From an uncultured bacterium (GTDB taxonomy: Bacteria; Patescibacteriota; Minisyncoccia; Phycocordibacterales; CAIZLB01): a DNA stretch of 64,000 nt. The stretch is from positions 159,905 to 223,904 of the forward strand of contig CAIZVZ010000001.1 of NCBI GenBank assembly GCA_903936565.1, read 5' to 3'. This document shows, one piece after another, positions 39,259 to 48,944 of this stretch (within the stretch, counting starts at the first letter, position 1; each line of letters opens with the position of its first letter). Position numbers and translations under genes: made by a program. A model generated the notes under the pieces. That model was not told the DNA's origin. It saw nothing but the letters and a program-made list of their open reading frames with translations, and made no database searches.

Positions 39259-39669
39259 TTAGGCTTCGCACTTCTTACAGACGCCAAAAAACTCAACAGA
39301 ATGACTTTCTATGAAATTAAATTTCTTTGATTGAGAGAGTGCATCCTTATCTAGTAATTTATTACAGATACTTATCTCCTCTATGACCCCACAATCCTTA
39401 CATATCAGATGATGGTGATGATGCTCTGCTAGCTCATAGTGGGCAGAATCAGTGTGTACATTTACGAATCTCAATATACCCTTTTCCTCAAAGGTTGACA
39501 GTGTCCTATATATTGTTACTAAGTTAATATTCTGACCTTGCAGTTTTTGGAAAATATATTCAGCGTTTATTGGTCTGCAGTCACTTGAAAAAACCTCTAG
39601 AATCGCCAAGCGATTTGGCGTTACCTTTAGACCCACACTCATGAGTTTTGCTGATGTATCTTTCTTCAT
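39259..39669 (-). CDS. Fur-family metal-sensing repressor (Zur/Fur-like)
   Basis: GLKVTPNRLAIL, TIYRTL, HHHHLICKDCG, GVCKKC. Confidence 0.93.
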   Translation of the reverse strand: MKKDTSAKLMSVGLKVTPNRLAILEVFSSDCRPINAEYIFQKLQGQNINLVTIYRTLSTFEEKGILRFVNVHTDSAHYELAEHHHHHLICKDCGVIEEISICNKLLDKDALSQSKKFNFIESHSVEFFGVCKKCEA

Positions 39670-39687
39670 AATGGTCTCATTATATCC

Positions 39688-39759
39688 TAAATGTTAATGA
39701 TTTGCAATTAGCGCTCTATTAGGATATATTACTATTCAGGTGCAAAACATTTGCATCTG
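39688..39759. promoter_or_regulatory. Two palindromic Fur/Zur-like boxes over the divergent promoter
   Basis: taaatgttaatgatttgcaatta (39688-39710) and caggtgcaaaacatttgcatctg (39737-39759); promoter TTGCAA-17-TATATT at 39702-39730. Confidence 0.65.
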
Positions 39760-39809
39760 AAGATAGATCTTTAAATCAACAACAACAACCCCAGAGAACC
39801 GTAAGTAAA

Positions 39810-41459
39810 ATGAATACAACCATGCAACTATTCGCCGCTGTTGGCCCACTTGGAGCCGGCAAGACGACGTTTGTCCTGAACGTGATTCAGGCGTTAGAAT
39901 CCAGCGGATTTCCAACTAGAGAGAAAGTCGCCTTTGTCGTCAACGACGAAGGTCACATGCTCGATGGTGAGCTCGCAGGTAATTTGGCAAAAGTGGTCGC
40001 CATGACCAATGGATGCTTCACATGCAGCGACACCGCGGGACTCAAGACTACCCTAGCGAAACTTGAGCAATCAGGCATCACTTGGGCATTTTTGGAAGGC
40101 TTCGGCATCACTGCAGGAAATGAAACAAAACAATTCCTCGAATCGTGTCCGTACCCATTCCATATCCTCTGTCTTTTTTCGGCAAGGCATCACACCCTCG
40201 ACCTCATCAGGTATGCGGGCGTAGTGAAAAGCCAAGTGAGAGCCGCAACCCTGGCGGTTGGCGTCACCAAGTTCGAGGGTGGCAACATCCTAAGCCTTGA
40301 TGATTCAGGTATTCCGGAATTCGTAGCAGAAGAAAAACCCGGGATACCGCTCGTCCTTATTCCAAACACTCCCAACATTCCAGATGTCATCCTAGACATT
40401 TTCACAAAAGATGACAAAGGGGCGATGAGGAGACTTGCATCAACGTCAAATAGTGTGATTTTCCGAGATTTTAGACGCAGGCACCACACAAGCTGCGATT
40501 GTTGCGGACATGACCACAACGACCACTCGCACGATCATTATGTTCACGGTATGCACCCGTACTCCTATGAACTCATAGATGGAGCAACTCTCGAAGATCT
40601 CCGTAGGGCGTTCGACGGGAAGGAATTCCTACTCAGAGTAAAGGGTGCGGTTGGCGGACATCTCTTCAATGCGGTGCACGACGAATGGCAAGAAACGATT
40701 AAGGATCAAAGAAGGTTCGTTACGTTCTACACTTCGAGAGAGGTGAATATCGAAAGCGACCTTCCAGGCCTGACAGAGATTGTTGTCACCCAAGAAGTAC
40801 CTGCTGGGATGGAACCGGGATACAAGCTTATCCGCATGGAGACAGCAAGCCGCGATGAGACTATCCGGGAAATCAATGACCTCCTTGATGGGTCACCTAC
40901 CGAGCCTGTTGTGATTAGTTCTGAAGCTGGACTCCGCCTCATCACTCATCCAGAAAAATTCCAGATCGCCAAGGAAATCTCCCGGAGACCGTACGTTATT
41001 GACGAATGGTTCCCCCGTGTTCTGAAGCGCTTCATGAAATACTGGATTCGATGTGCGGAAATAGTAAAAGATCGTGCAAGCGAAATCGTCCCCGATGACA
41101 TCGCAAAAAACAGACACGAGCTAGCTGTGTCGATGGTCTGGTGGGTTAATCGCCACGGCGAATTCTTCGGAGCCGAAATTGTACAAGCGGTTGAAAGACT
41201 GCATCCAGGAGAAATGGCTGCCCAGGGAATCCTTTCCCTCCAAAGTCTAATCTCGATCACGCATCCAGAAACGGTTTCGTGGCAGTGCCTGGAATTCACT
41301 GAGGCTTTAAGCTATGGCTTAACACACGGCGACAATTCAGAGAGTATGCTCAAGGCAGCTCGTCACTGCCTATCCCTTGCTACAACGCCCGATCTGATTA
41401 AAGCCTGGTCGGAAAGTGTCGGAATTCTTGAGGAAAAATCCCGCGCAATTATTGCGTGA
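39810..41459 (+). CDS. COG0523/CobW-like GTPase metallochaperone with a C-terminal extension
   Basis: GPLGAGKTT, VVNDEG, MTNGCFTC, His-rich HHTSCDCCGHDHNDHSHDH, LLRVKG. Confidence 0.88.
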   Translation: MNTTMQLFAAVGPLGAGKTTFVLNVIQALESSGFPTREKVAFVVNDEGHMLDGELAGNLAKVVAMTNGCFTCSDTAGLKTTLAKLEQSGITWAFLEGFGITAGNETKQFLESCPYPFHILCLFSARHHTLDLIRYAGVVKSQVRAATLAVGVTKFEGGNILSLDDSGIPEFVAEEKPGIPLVLIPNTPNIPDVILDIFTKDDKGAMRRLASTSNSVIFRDFRRRHHTSCDCCGHDHNDHSHDHYVHGMHPYSYELIDGATLEDLRRAFDGKEFLLRVKGAVGGHLFNAVHDEWQETIKDQRRFVTFYTSREVNIESDLPGLTEIVVTQEVPAGMEPGYKLIRMETASRDETIREINDLLDGSPTEPVVISSEAGLRLITHPEKFQIAKEISRRPYVIDEWFPRVLKRFMKYWIRCAEIVKDRASEIVPDDIAKNRHELAVSMVWWVNRHGEFFGAEIVQAVERLHPGEMAAQGILSLQSLISITHPETVSWQCLEFTEALSYGLTHGDNSESMLKAARHCLSLATTPDLIKAWSESVGILEEKSRAIIA

Positions 41460-41465
41460 AAACCC

Positions 41466-41515
41466 GCCGCGACGCTTCAAATAGCCCACGGGTGAAATGG
41501 GCGTCGCGGCTTTTT
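41466..41515 (+). terminator. Terminator-like hairpin between the GTPase and NAS genes
   Basis: gccgcgacgc/gcgtcgcggc stem followed by TTTTT. Confidence 0.7.
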
Positions 41516-41524
41516 ATACAACAG

Positions 41525-42340
41525 ATGATAAACATAATTTTACAAAGAAAAAAAGACGAAATCCTCAACATTTATGAGGAGCTTTTGTCTGCAAAGAATT
41601 TGAAGCCATCTAAAAATATTAACGCCACATTTTCCGAGCTTGTGGCGATAGTACAAGATACACCCATTGAGCATTCAAGAGACATTTTGGATAACATTGA
41701 GATTCGAAAGATTCAAGACGATCTCCGGAGGATGTCATCAAGAGCAGAATCAGAGCTTGAGCTATTTTGGGTTAAGAATGTCCTCAAATCCCAGAACGCA
41801 GAAAAAATACTTAAGTTTTTTCCATATTACTCGAACTATGAGAAGATGTCCGATCTGGAAATCAAGAGTATGCAACTCTGTGATGTTCATAAGGGTCACA
41901 AGGCTTTGTTCGTAGGCTCTGGACCATTACCACTTTCTTCTATTATGATGGCTCGCAAGTGTGGAATATCAATCGATAATTTAGACATGGATGACGAGTC
42001 CTGCAAGTTATCAAAAGAACTTATTAAAAAGATTGGTCTTTCAAACAAAATAAAGACCATCAAAGGGAATATTCTTGACATACAAGATCTCTCTAATTAC
42101 CAAACAATCTTCATTGCTGCACTTGCAGGAGAAAATGATGAAGAGAAGGTAAAAATAATCGACCACATTGTCGCAAGGAGCAAAACAGATACCCACATCG
42201 TTATGCGTAGCGTAAGTGGTCTCGGTGTACTACTCTATCCCGAGATATCATCGACGCATCTGAAGAACATCAAGGTCATTCGCAGAAGTAAAAGCCCTCG
42301 CGATATTATTAACAACATAATCATAGGAAAAATAAAATAA
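41525..42340 (+). CDS. Nicotianamine synthase family protein
   Basis: LKPS..IN..FSELV, AESELE, FPYYSNY, FVGSGPLPLSS, FIAALAG, RS..GL..LLYP. Confidence 0.9.
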   Translation: MINIILQRKKDEILNIYEELLSAKNLKPSKNINATFSELVAIVQDTPIEHSRDILDNIEIRKIQDDLRRMSSRAESELELFWVKNVLKSQNAEKILKFFPYYSNYEKMSDLEIKSMQLCDVHKGHKALFVGSGPLPLSSIMMARKCGISIDNLDMDDESCKLSKELIKKIGLSNKIKTIKGNILDIQDLSNYQTIFIAALAGENDEEKVKIIDHIVARSKTDTHIVMRSVSGLGVLLYPEISSTHLKNIKVIRRSKSPRDIINNIIIGKIK

Positions 42341-42341
42341 C

Positions 42342-42800
42342 ATGAATCATTATCAATTATCACAAACAAAAGAAAAGCTGGATTTATTACTGCATCAGTA
42401 TGCCGAATATAATAAAGCTACGACAGAGGAAGAAAGAAGTCGTATTGGAGACAGTATGATGTATGACGATCCTGTCGTCTGGATGATGTACAAGCATAAA
42501 GCATATTTGGGTGGCAAACACGAAATCACGACTGTGGGCAAACTCCGAGAACACTGCGGTGAGCATGGTGGCATATGTGCCAAGCGATTTAAGTTTCTAT
42601 CAATATACATCATGGCGAAATACAGCAAGAACATTAAAGATCCGAGGGAATTTCCGGATGAAATGCCAATAGAAGACCTGTACGGGAGCGAAATTTTGGA
42701 TACACTTGTAACCGATGAAAACCTAATGCATGACTGGAAACAGTATGAATTTTATCGAATAGACAACAAGGTTGCGAAATGGCAAAATTACCTCAACTAA
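42342..42800 (+). CDS. Hypothetical protein coupled to NAS
   Basis: Starts 1 nt after the NAS stop; contains HCGEHGGIC. Confidence 0.75.
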   Translation: MNHYQLSQTKEKLDLLLHQYAEYNKATTEEERSRIGDSMMYDDPVVWMMYKHKAYLGGKHEITTVGKLREHCGEHGGICAKRFKFLSIYIMAKYSKNIKDPREFPDEMPIEDLYGSEILDTLVTDENLMHDWKQYEFYRIDNKVAKWQNYLN

Positions 42801-42826
42801 TTACAGGGTAATTTTAAGGGCCCACC

Positions 42827-43411
42827 CTAGCGGACGGCATTAGGAACACTGACTAAGTGTGTCTTATCATTTAAATATTCTATATGCCACTTTTGCTTTT
42901 CTTGATTGTAAGTAAATTTAGAAACAGAGGCGTTATCAATGACCAAAGTATTATCCATCTTAATCAACAGATCTTCTGTTAATGAATCCTCAAGCATAAT
43001 ATACGAAATCAAACCCTTAAGAAAAATTGCATGGCTAACCACAACCACATGTTTATGAGATAAATTTTCAAGGAATAGCTTTGCTTCTTTAAGACGTTCT
43101 TTAAAGTCTTCAAATGTCTCACTGTGAACATAGGTCAAATCCATAGAGTAGGAACCTTTTCTTTCTTTTAGATATTCAAGTTGAGTTGGTTCTATATCCA
43201 CAGCCCCCCCCCCTATTTTAGTACCCGTTATTTTTGCTCGAAGAACCTTACTTGTAAATATCTTTTCAATTTTAATATCCTTAAAAATCAAAGCCAAAGA
43301 TTCAGATTGTTTAAGACCCACTTCTGTTAGACAATCCTCCATTGCTTTTGTTAAAGGATCTTTGTTTGAATGTGATTCAGCATGCCTAATAAAATAGATA
43401 TTAGTTCTCAT
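42827..43411 (-). CDS. Histidine phosphatase family protein
   Basis: IRHAES, LRAK.T, VVSH, NASVS. Confidence 0.9.
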   Translation of the reverse strand: MRTNIYFIRHAESHSNKDPLTKAMEDCLTEVGLKQSESLALIFKDIKIEKIFTSKVLRAKITGTKIGGGAVDIEPTQLEYLKERKGSYSMDLTYVHSETFEDFKERLKEAKLFLENLSHKHVVVVSHAIFLKGLISYIMLEDSLTEDLLIKMDNTLVIDNASVSKFTYNQEKQKWHIEYLNDKTHLVSVPNAVR

Positions 43412-43434
43412 GAGTATAATTATATACAACTTAA

Positions 43435-43815
43435 CTAGATACTACCTTCTATGAAGGACTTAAGCTTATCCAAATCTTTCGCCTGAGGATTGTATTGATA
43501 CGACTTTATACCAATCGATTCGGCACTTTTAACAGCCTCATTGTTATGTTCAAAATATATCACGTCTTCCCTATTTAATTTTAGACTCTCAAGCATTGTT
43601 TCAAAATATTTTGGATCTATCTTATCTGGGTTGTGTTTCAAGGTAAAAATCTCGTATGGCAAATTCACCAGACCAAACGTTATCAACTGCTCATCATTAG
43701 CGTTAGTTAGAATAATTTTCTTGTTAGGATAAATTTCCAGTAGTTTAAACATCTCTTGATTTACTTGACCATCTACTACAAACGTATTAGCCGCATCTAC
43801 TAGGATTGTTTTCAT
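43435..43815 (-). CDS. HAD-like hydrolase
   Basis: ILVDAANT, LTNA, PDK.DP.YF. Confidence 0.8.
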   Translation of the reverse strand: MKTILVDAANTFVVDGQVNQEMFKLLEIYPNKKIILTNANDEQLITFGLVNLPYEIFTLKHNPDKIDPKYFETMLESLKLNREDVIYFEHNNEAVKSAESIGIKSYQYNPQAKDLDKLKSFIEGSI

Positions 43816-43885
43816 ATAATAAGATACTAACAAAATATAGACTAAAATGAAAGTTGGCACAAATTAGCTCTATACCAACAAAGTA

Positions 43886-44539
43886 TTAATGAGAGACAAT
43901 GACAGCCGACACAGCTTCACTCAATATTTGATGCGACTCAACCAGAAGATGAACGCCATCAACACCAGTTGATAATTGATCTTGAACATCCACAAGTACA
44001 CAATTATTTTCCCTCGCAACTAACGACAATACTTCCTTGAGCTCAATCGACTTTTGCATTGCACCTACAAACTTCCCATCCTTTTTAGCATAATCAGTCA
44101 ATTCATTTATAATTGCAGGAACAATAATTATCACTTGAGGAACTATCGATCGAAATTGAGAAGGTCGAGTGGTGATTGTCTGAATCAGCTTTTCTAAATT
44201 TTTTCCAACTTCTTCTGCGGAAAGATTAAACTCTGCCTTCAATTCATTTGCCCCAAGACAAACGACAACAAAATCAAGCGGATCATGAGAATCAAGACAA
44301 GCTAATATATATTCCATAGCACTTCTCTGTTCCTTACCAGGACGACTATCACCCTTAACTATTCCTCGCGAGTTCAAGCCTTCTTCAATTACTTCAAAGT
44401 TATCTCCAAGCAATTTCTGAAGAACCCCCGTCCAACGAATATTGACGGGGTATCTTTCACTCTTTGTACCAGGGACATAGCCCCAGGTATTAGAGTCTCC
44501 AAAACAGAGAACTCGCCTTGCATTTGGGTTGATATTCAT
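43886..44539 (-). CDS. SGNH/GDSL hydrolase
   Basis: CFGDSNTWG, EEGLNSR, LGAN, DGVH. Confidence 0.93.
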   Translation of the reverse strand: MNINPNARRVLCFGDSNTWGYVPGTKSERYPVNIRWTGVLQKLLGDNFEVIEEGLNSRGIVKGDSRPGKEQRSAMEYILACLDSHDPLDFVVVCLGANELKAEFNLSAEEVGKNLEKLIQTITTRPSQFRSIVPQVIIIVPAIINELTDYAKKDGKFVGAMQKSIELKEVLSLVARENNCVLVDVQDQLSTGVDGVHLLVESHQILSEAVSAVIVSH

Positions 44540-44814
44540 AATCAAAAGTATAACACAAAGACAATATGAGTGTTTTGGCCATATCACCTACCGAGTGATA
44601 TAATGTTTTAAATAAAAAAATGCAAGATATTAGAGACAAAATAAACAAAATTTGCACAGAAAACCAGCTTGGTGATTTATTATCCTTTGAAGATACTGAT
44701 ACATCCACATCCATCGAAAAACCTCCATTAGTCCATCTCCAATTTAGATTCCCATGAATGAACCAGTAGATTTGGCTGATATTTTTATGGTTCGAATGTC
44801 AATTTTACATATAA

Positions 44815-45561
44815 CTATATAGGGCTGGCATTAAAAATTGCCCCCTGTGTTTGACCATGCATGGTATTATAATCATATTCTTGATTATCAGCTTCCATTT
44901 GTTCGGACAACTCTTTTAATTTATTATCTAAATATTTCGCAGATGGTAAGCATGTCTTATTCTCCTGTAGAGTTTGTAAATAAGAATATACTTTTTTAGC
45001 GTTTTTTTCAGCTATATCAACATGCTTATTTTCATGTATTTGTAATGCAACCATGTACTTATCCCATTTTTCATTCAGCTTTTGATCTGTGTTCCTTGAA
45101 TTATCCCATTTTGGATATAAAATTACTGAATTAACTCCTACAGCAAAATCCTGAATATTACATATCTTATCAGACATATCGTCATAGCTATATCTGTTAT
45201 TAATTACAGAATATGTTATTGCGTCATACAAATGGGGGCCACATTTCTTAAATTGATAAATTATTTCACTTTCATTTGTTCCTCGTATCTCATAGTAAAT
45301 TTTACTGTTTGTCATTTTTAAGCCTGTTTTTGATGACAAATCAATATTCTCAGCTTTTCCTTCTGGTGTTGGCTGTGAACAATCTTTAGCCCAGTCAGAT
45401 ATTATTTCCTCTTTTATGGAAACAGCTATAGGTTTTTCTACAAAATGATTAACTACACTATCGAGATTTATTAAGACATATATACATACAACGATAAAAA
45501 TCAAAAGGAAGGAAATCGCAGTAATTTCAATGACGAGATTTTTGCCTTTTTGCGTTTCCAT
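44815..45561 (-). CDS. Membrane-anchored DUF922-like Zn protease
   Basis: YEIRG, PKW, HENKHVDIA, YD..T.HGQTQGA. Confidence 0.82.
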   Translation of the reverse strand: METQKGKNLVIEITAISFLLIFIVVCIYVLINLDSVVNHFVEKPIAVSIKEEIISDWAKDCSQPTPEGKAENIDLSSKTGLKMTNSKIYYEIRGTNESEIIYQFKKCGPHLYDAITYSVINNRYSYDDMSDKICNIQDFAVGVNSVILYPKWDNSRNTDQKLNEKWDKYMVALQIHENKHVDIAEKNAKKVYSYLQTLQENKTCLPSAKYLDNKLKELSEQMEADNQEYDYNTMHGQTQGAIFNASPI

Positions 45562-45718
45562 ACAATTAAAATAAGTATAGCAAAAGTTCGGGTTCTGTCC
45601 TAGGTGGTTAAATGATCATCAATAAAAACTCCCAAATTAACAGCGACAGGTATCAGAGTTGTCATGAAAAAAATATATCAATTATTAATCTTGGTAATAA
45701 TTGGTGTCCCTAATTAAT

Positions 45719-46054
45719 CTATACGCCATCCCTTGACTCTTTTATCTTTTCAATTTCAATCATTATTTCTCTAAGTTGATCCTCAAGACTCTTAATTTCA
45801 CCCCCTCTAGCCTCAATTTCTATATTTATTAGGTTTACAGCATCAACCGCTGGAGGTTCTGAAAACAATAATTCCCCCATTCTTAAACCTGCCTGAAATT
45901 GTTCATCTCTCAGCTTTTCCAGTTGTCCGATTATCGAAGATTGTCTTTCTGAAATCTCTTCTAATCTTTGCTTGAGTGCATTCATTTTTTCTACCTTATC
46001 CAATAAATCTTGGTTTGGGTCAGAAGCAAGCGGTAGTTCATTAATCATTATCAT
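45719..46054 (-). CDS. Coiled-coil hypothetical protein
   Basis: Heptad-rich 111-aa ORF; leaderless-type start. Confidence 0.65.
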   Translation of the reverse strand: MIMINELPLASDPNQDLLDKVEKMNALKQRLEEISERQSSIIGQLEKLRDEQFQAGLRMGELLFSEPPAVDAVNLINIEIEARGGEIKSLEDQLREIMIEIEKIKESRDGV

Positions 46055-46179
46055 ATTTAATATTTTATCAAATAACTATGTAATTTCCTAGTATCATTTC
46101 CTCTCATATAATTCACAATGCAATAGCTTGGGCATTAAGGTCATAGATATCCTACAGGCAAACAATCTAATGCGTACAG

Positions 46180-46788
46180 TTATAATGCACCAAAGACACC
46201 AAATTGAAACAGAGCGCCTATTATGACAACAAAAGTCAAAACCAAAATTCCAAATTGTACCCTACTCACTTCTTGAATTTCTTCCTTAAATACCACTTCA
46301 CATACACTACCGGGACAAAGTTGTGGTTTCTTCTTTGTAATCCATTCATACATCTTGCATCCAATACAAATTCCAAATGCCGTCTCAGAAAAAAGCAGGA
46401 TTAGACAAATACTACACACAACAAGATTTACGATTCCACTTGCGTTAAAAACAAATAGTAAAATAGCCATGAACGTGGCCATACAAAGCCCAAGTACCCA
46501 TGCAAAATATTTTTGTGGTGCGCCTGTATATTCTGGCTTTTGATTTTGAACGATTATTCTTCCCAATATCATAGCAGGTGCATATTTTGGATTTACAAAT
46601 AATCTAACAATAAATTCAATAAAGAAAAACACGACGAACATTCTTAAGAATAGAAAGTTCTGATCAAGGAATGCATTATAAAACGATAATGTTGCAAAAA
46701 AGAAGAGTATCCCTGCTGACGCTCGTATTTCTCTTTCATTAAATACTGGTATTTTATAACCAGTTACTATTTCTCCAAATTTTTTCAT
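46180..46788 (-). CDS. DUF4395 membrane protein
   Basis: NEREIRASAG, GAPQK.FAW..G, FGICIGC, CPG.VC. Confidence 0.85.
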   Translation of the reverse strand: MKKFGEIVTGYKIPVFNEREIRASAGILFFFATLSFYNAFLDQNFLFLRMFVVFFFIEFIVRLFVNPKYAPAMILGRIIVQNQKPEYTGAPQKYFAWVLGLCMATFMAILLFVFNASGIVNLVVCSICLILLFSETAFGICIGCKMYEWITKKKPQLCPGSVCEVVFKEEIQEVSRVQFGILVLTFVVIIGALFQFGVFGAL

Positions 46789-46936
46789 ATTTATGTTATA
46801 TCATTAATTCTAATAAATCACCATCGAGAAATTTTTTTCGAAAAAACATCAGACCATTTTCACTCAAGCGTGATATACTTAACATGTTAAAAGTAATTTA
46901 TAGCAACTTGCTAGCATTAGACTAAACAATAAATTT

Positions 46937-47845
46937 ATGAAATCAAAGGTATACAAAAACGAGGGTTCTATGGATCGATTATTACGCTCGCTTGTGGCTG
47001 AAGTTCTTATTCTCGGAGCGTATTTCTGGTTAGGCGGAGTATGGCAGGTAATATTGTATATTCTTGGTGGAATTAGTTTATTCACTTCTCTTACTGGATT
47101 TTGTACACTATATAAAGTAGTTGGAATAAATACATTTAAAGCTGGATCGAAACCAACATCTATTTATATTAGGGTTATTTTTGCGATTCTATTTATAGCC
47201 ATAGCTGTAGCCGGAAGTTATTATAGTGCATTCTTCACAAAGAAATTCTTCTTAGATGATTACAGTCGAATGAATAATTATTACAAGCAAACTCTCTTTT
47301 ATACAGGACAAGACAAGAGAGCAGAATCTATAATAAATTATGATCGTCTTATCGCTGAGTATTCAGTATTCCTATCAAAATACACAACGTATCACCCTCA
47401 TGCTATTAAATCAGACCAGCAATTCAATTCCGATATAGAAAAGGTGTCAGGAATAATTAATTCATTAAAGGAGAATGTATATACGGGAGATTTGAAACAA
47501 TCACACACTAGTTTTGAAGAAGTACGACCAATATTTCAAGACATATTAAAGAGAAATAATTTCTCAATGCTTGCAGTTACTCTGGTTGACTTTCACGATG
47601 CTATGGAGAAGATAATTACAGCAGCAGATGAAAAGGACGCAACACAATTACTCGCTGTATACCCCGAAGTAGATACCAAACTAAAGGCTGTTGAGGAAAT
47701 TGCGAATGACTCAGAGATACAAGCTATTCGTACAAAATTAGAAGAAGTTGTTACGTCGGCAAGAAATGGACAAGCAGATTTATTATCCGCAAAAGCCGCT
47801 GAACTCAAGAGTACTTTTGTGAAAGTATATCTTAAAAGAGGATAA
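46937..47845 (+). CDS. DUF2892 (YgaP-like) membrane domain plus helical domain
   Basis: KNEGSMDR..R, TGFCTLY..GINT. Confidence 0.8.
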   Translation: MKSKVYKNEGSMDRLLRSLVAEVLILGAYFWLGGVWQVILYILGGISLFTSLTGFCTLYKVVGINTFKAGSKPTSIYIRVIFAILFIAIAVAGSYYSAFFTKKFFLDDYSRMNNYYKQTLFYTGQDKRAESIINYDRLIAEYSVFLSKYTTYHPHAIKSDQQFNSDIEKVSGIINSLKENVYTGDLKQSHTSFEEVRPIFQDILKRNNFSMLAVTLVDFHDAMEKIITAADEKDATQLLAVYPEVDTKLKAVEEIANDSEIQAIRTKLEEVVTSARNGQADLLSAKAAELKSTFVKVYLKRG

Positions 47846-47939
47846 GGAAAGAAAAAAGGCTACTGTATTGTATTAGAGGTGAAGGGCTGAAGAATACATA
47901 AAATCAATCTTTCTTTATTAATTTTTAATTTAAAACAAT

Positions 47940-48320
47940 ATGAAAAAGACAACATTAAGTTTGGGAATTTTGGCACTTGTACTGGGCGTAACAGCTATTT
48001 CAGCAGGTTCAGCTCTAGCCTACAGAGGTGACCCAACAGTTCATGGTCAAAATTATTCAGCAGAACGTCATACAGCAATGCTAAAAGCATTTGAGAATAA
48101 AGACTACACTGCTTGGAAAAGCCTTATGCAAAATAGAGGTATGGCAACAAAAGTTATTACTGAGGCGAATTTCGCAAAATTTGTAGAAGCACATAATCTC
48201 GCTTTACAAGGCAAAACAGTCGAGGCTCAAAAGATTCGCCAAGAACTTGGACTAGGTCTACATAATGGTTCTGGTAGAAATGGTGGAGGTATGGGGATGG
48301 GTAAAAATTTCAATCATTAA
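47940..48320 (+). CDS. Secreted hypothetical protein with a Gly-rich tail
   Basis: Signal peptide, AYRGDP, DYTAWK, IRQELGLG, GGGMG. Confidence 0.8.
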   Translation: MKKTTLSLGILALVLGVTAISAGSALAYRGDPTVHGQNYSAERHTAMLKAFENKDYTAWKSLMQNRGMATKVITEANFAKFVEAHNLALQGKTVEAQKIRQELGLGLHNGSGRNGGGMGMGKNFNH

Positions 48321-48334
48321 GATAATATAGGCCC

Positions 48335-48370
48335 TACATCAAACTCCGGCTTTTGTCGGAGTTTGATGTA
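48335..48370 (+). terminator. Long hairpin
   Basis: tacatcaaactccg/cggagtttgatgta. Confidence 0.6.
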
Positions 48371-48401
48371 TAAGTTTATGATAATAGGATAAAATACAAG
48401 C

Positions 48402-48944
48402 ATGAGTGATACTCTAAAATTAACTGATGAAGAAATAATAGAAAAAGTTCGATCAGACGATCGAGATCTTTATGCTGTCATAATTGAGAGATATAAAAGC
48501 AAACTCTTGAGATATGCTACCAATTTAATATATGATGAGGACAGAGCTAGTCATGTCGTTCAAGACTCACTAGTAAAAGCATATATAAACCTCAATGGTT
48601 TTAATACAAAAAAGAAATTTTCAAGCTGGATATATCGCATAGTACACAATGAAGCGATGAATTTAATAAAGAAATATCAAAAAGAAGTACCAATACTAGA
48701 TGACTTTGACTTTGAAAGCGATGAAGATATTACTAAGGATTTTGAACAGAAAGAAACAACCGAGCATGTAGAGAAATGTTTGAAATCAATACCACTTATA
48801 TATTCTGAACCTCTGAGTCTGTACTATTTGGACAAGAAGTCATATGATGAGATTAGTGATATTCTAAGAATTCCCATGGGTACGGTCGCAATACGAATTA
48901 GTCGAGCAAAGAAATTAATGAAACATATATGTCAAAAGAATTAA
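48402..48944 (+). CDS. ECF RNA polymerase sigma-70 factor
   Basis: KFSSWIYRI.HN; SYDEISDILRIPMGTV..RISRAK. Confidence 0.93.
   Translation: MSDTLKLTDEEIIEKVRSDDRDLYAVIIERYKSKLLRYATNLIYDEDRASHVVQDSLVKAYINLNGFNTKKKFSSWIYRIVHNEAMNLIKKYQKEVPILDDFDFESDEDITKDFEQKETTEHVEKCLKSIPLIYSEPLSLYYLDKKSYDEISDILRIPMGTVAIRISRAKKLMKHICQKN

Noticed and set aside
40190-41299. Minus-strand ORFs inside the COG0523 gene
   Set aside because: Antisense shadows of a well-supported gene.
41456-41524. N-terminal extension of NAS from GTG 41456
   Set aside because: It runs through the terminator hairpin; ATG 41525 fits the family better.
44595-44760. Short plus-strand ORF MQDIRDKINKICTENQLG... after a TGATATAAT box
   Set aside because: About 45 codons with no recognisable motif; possibly a gene remnant but unsupported.
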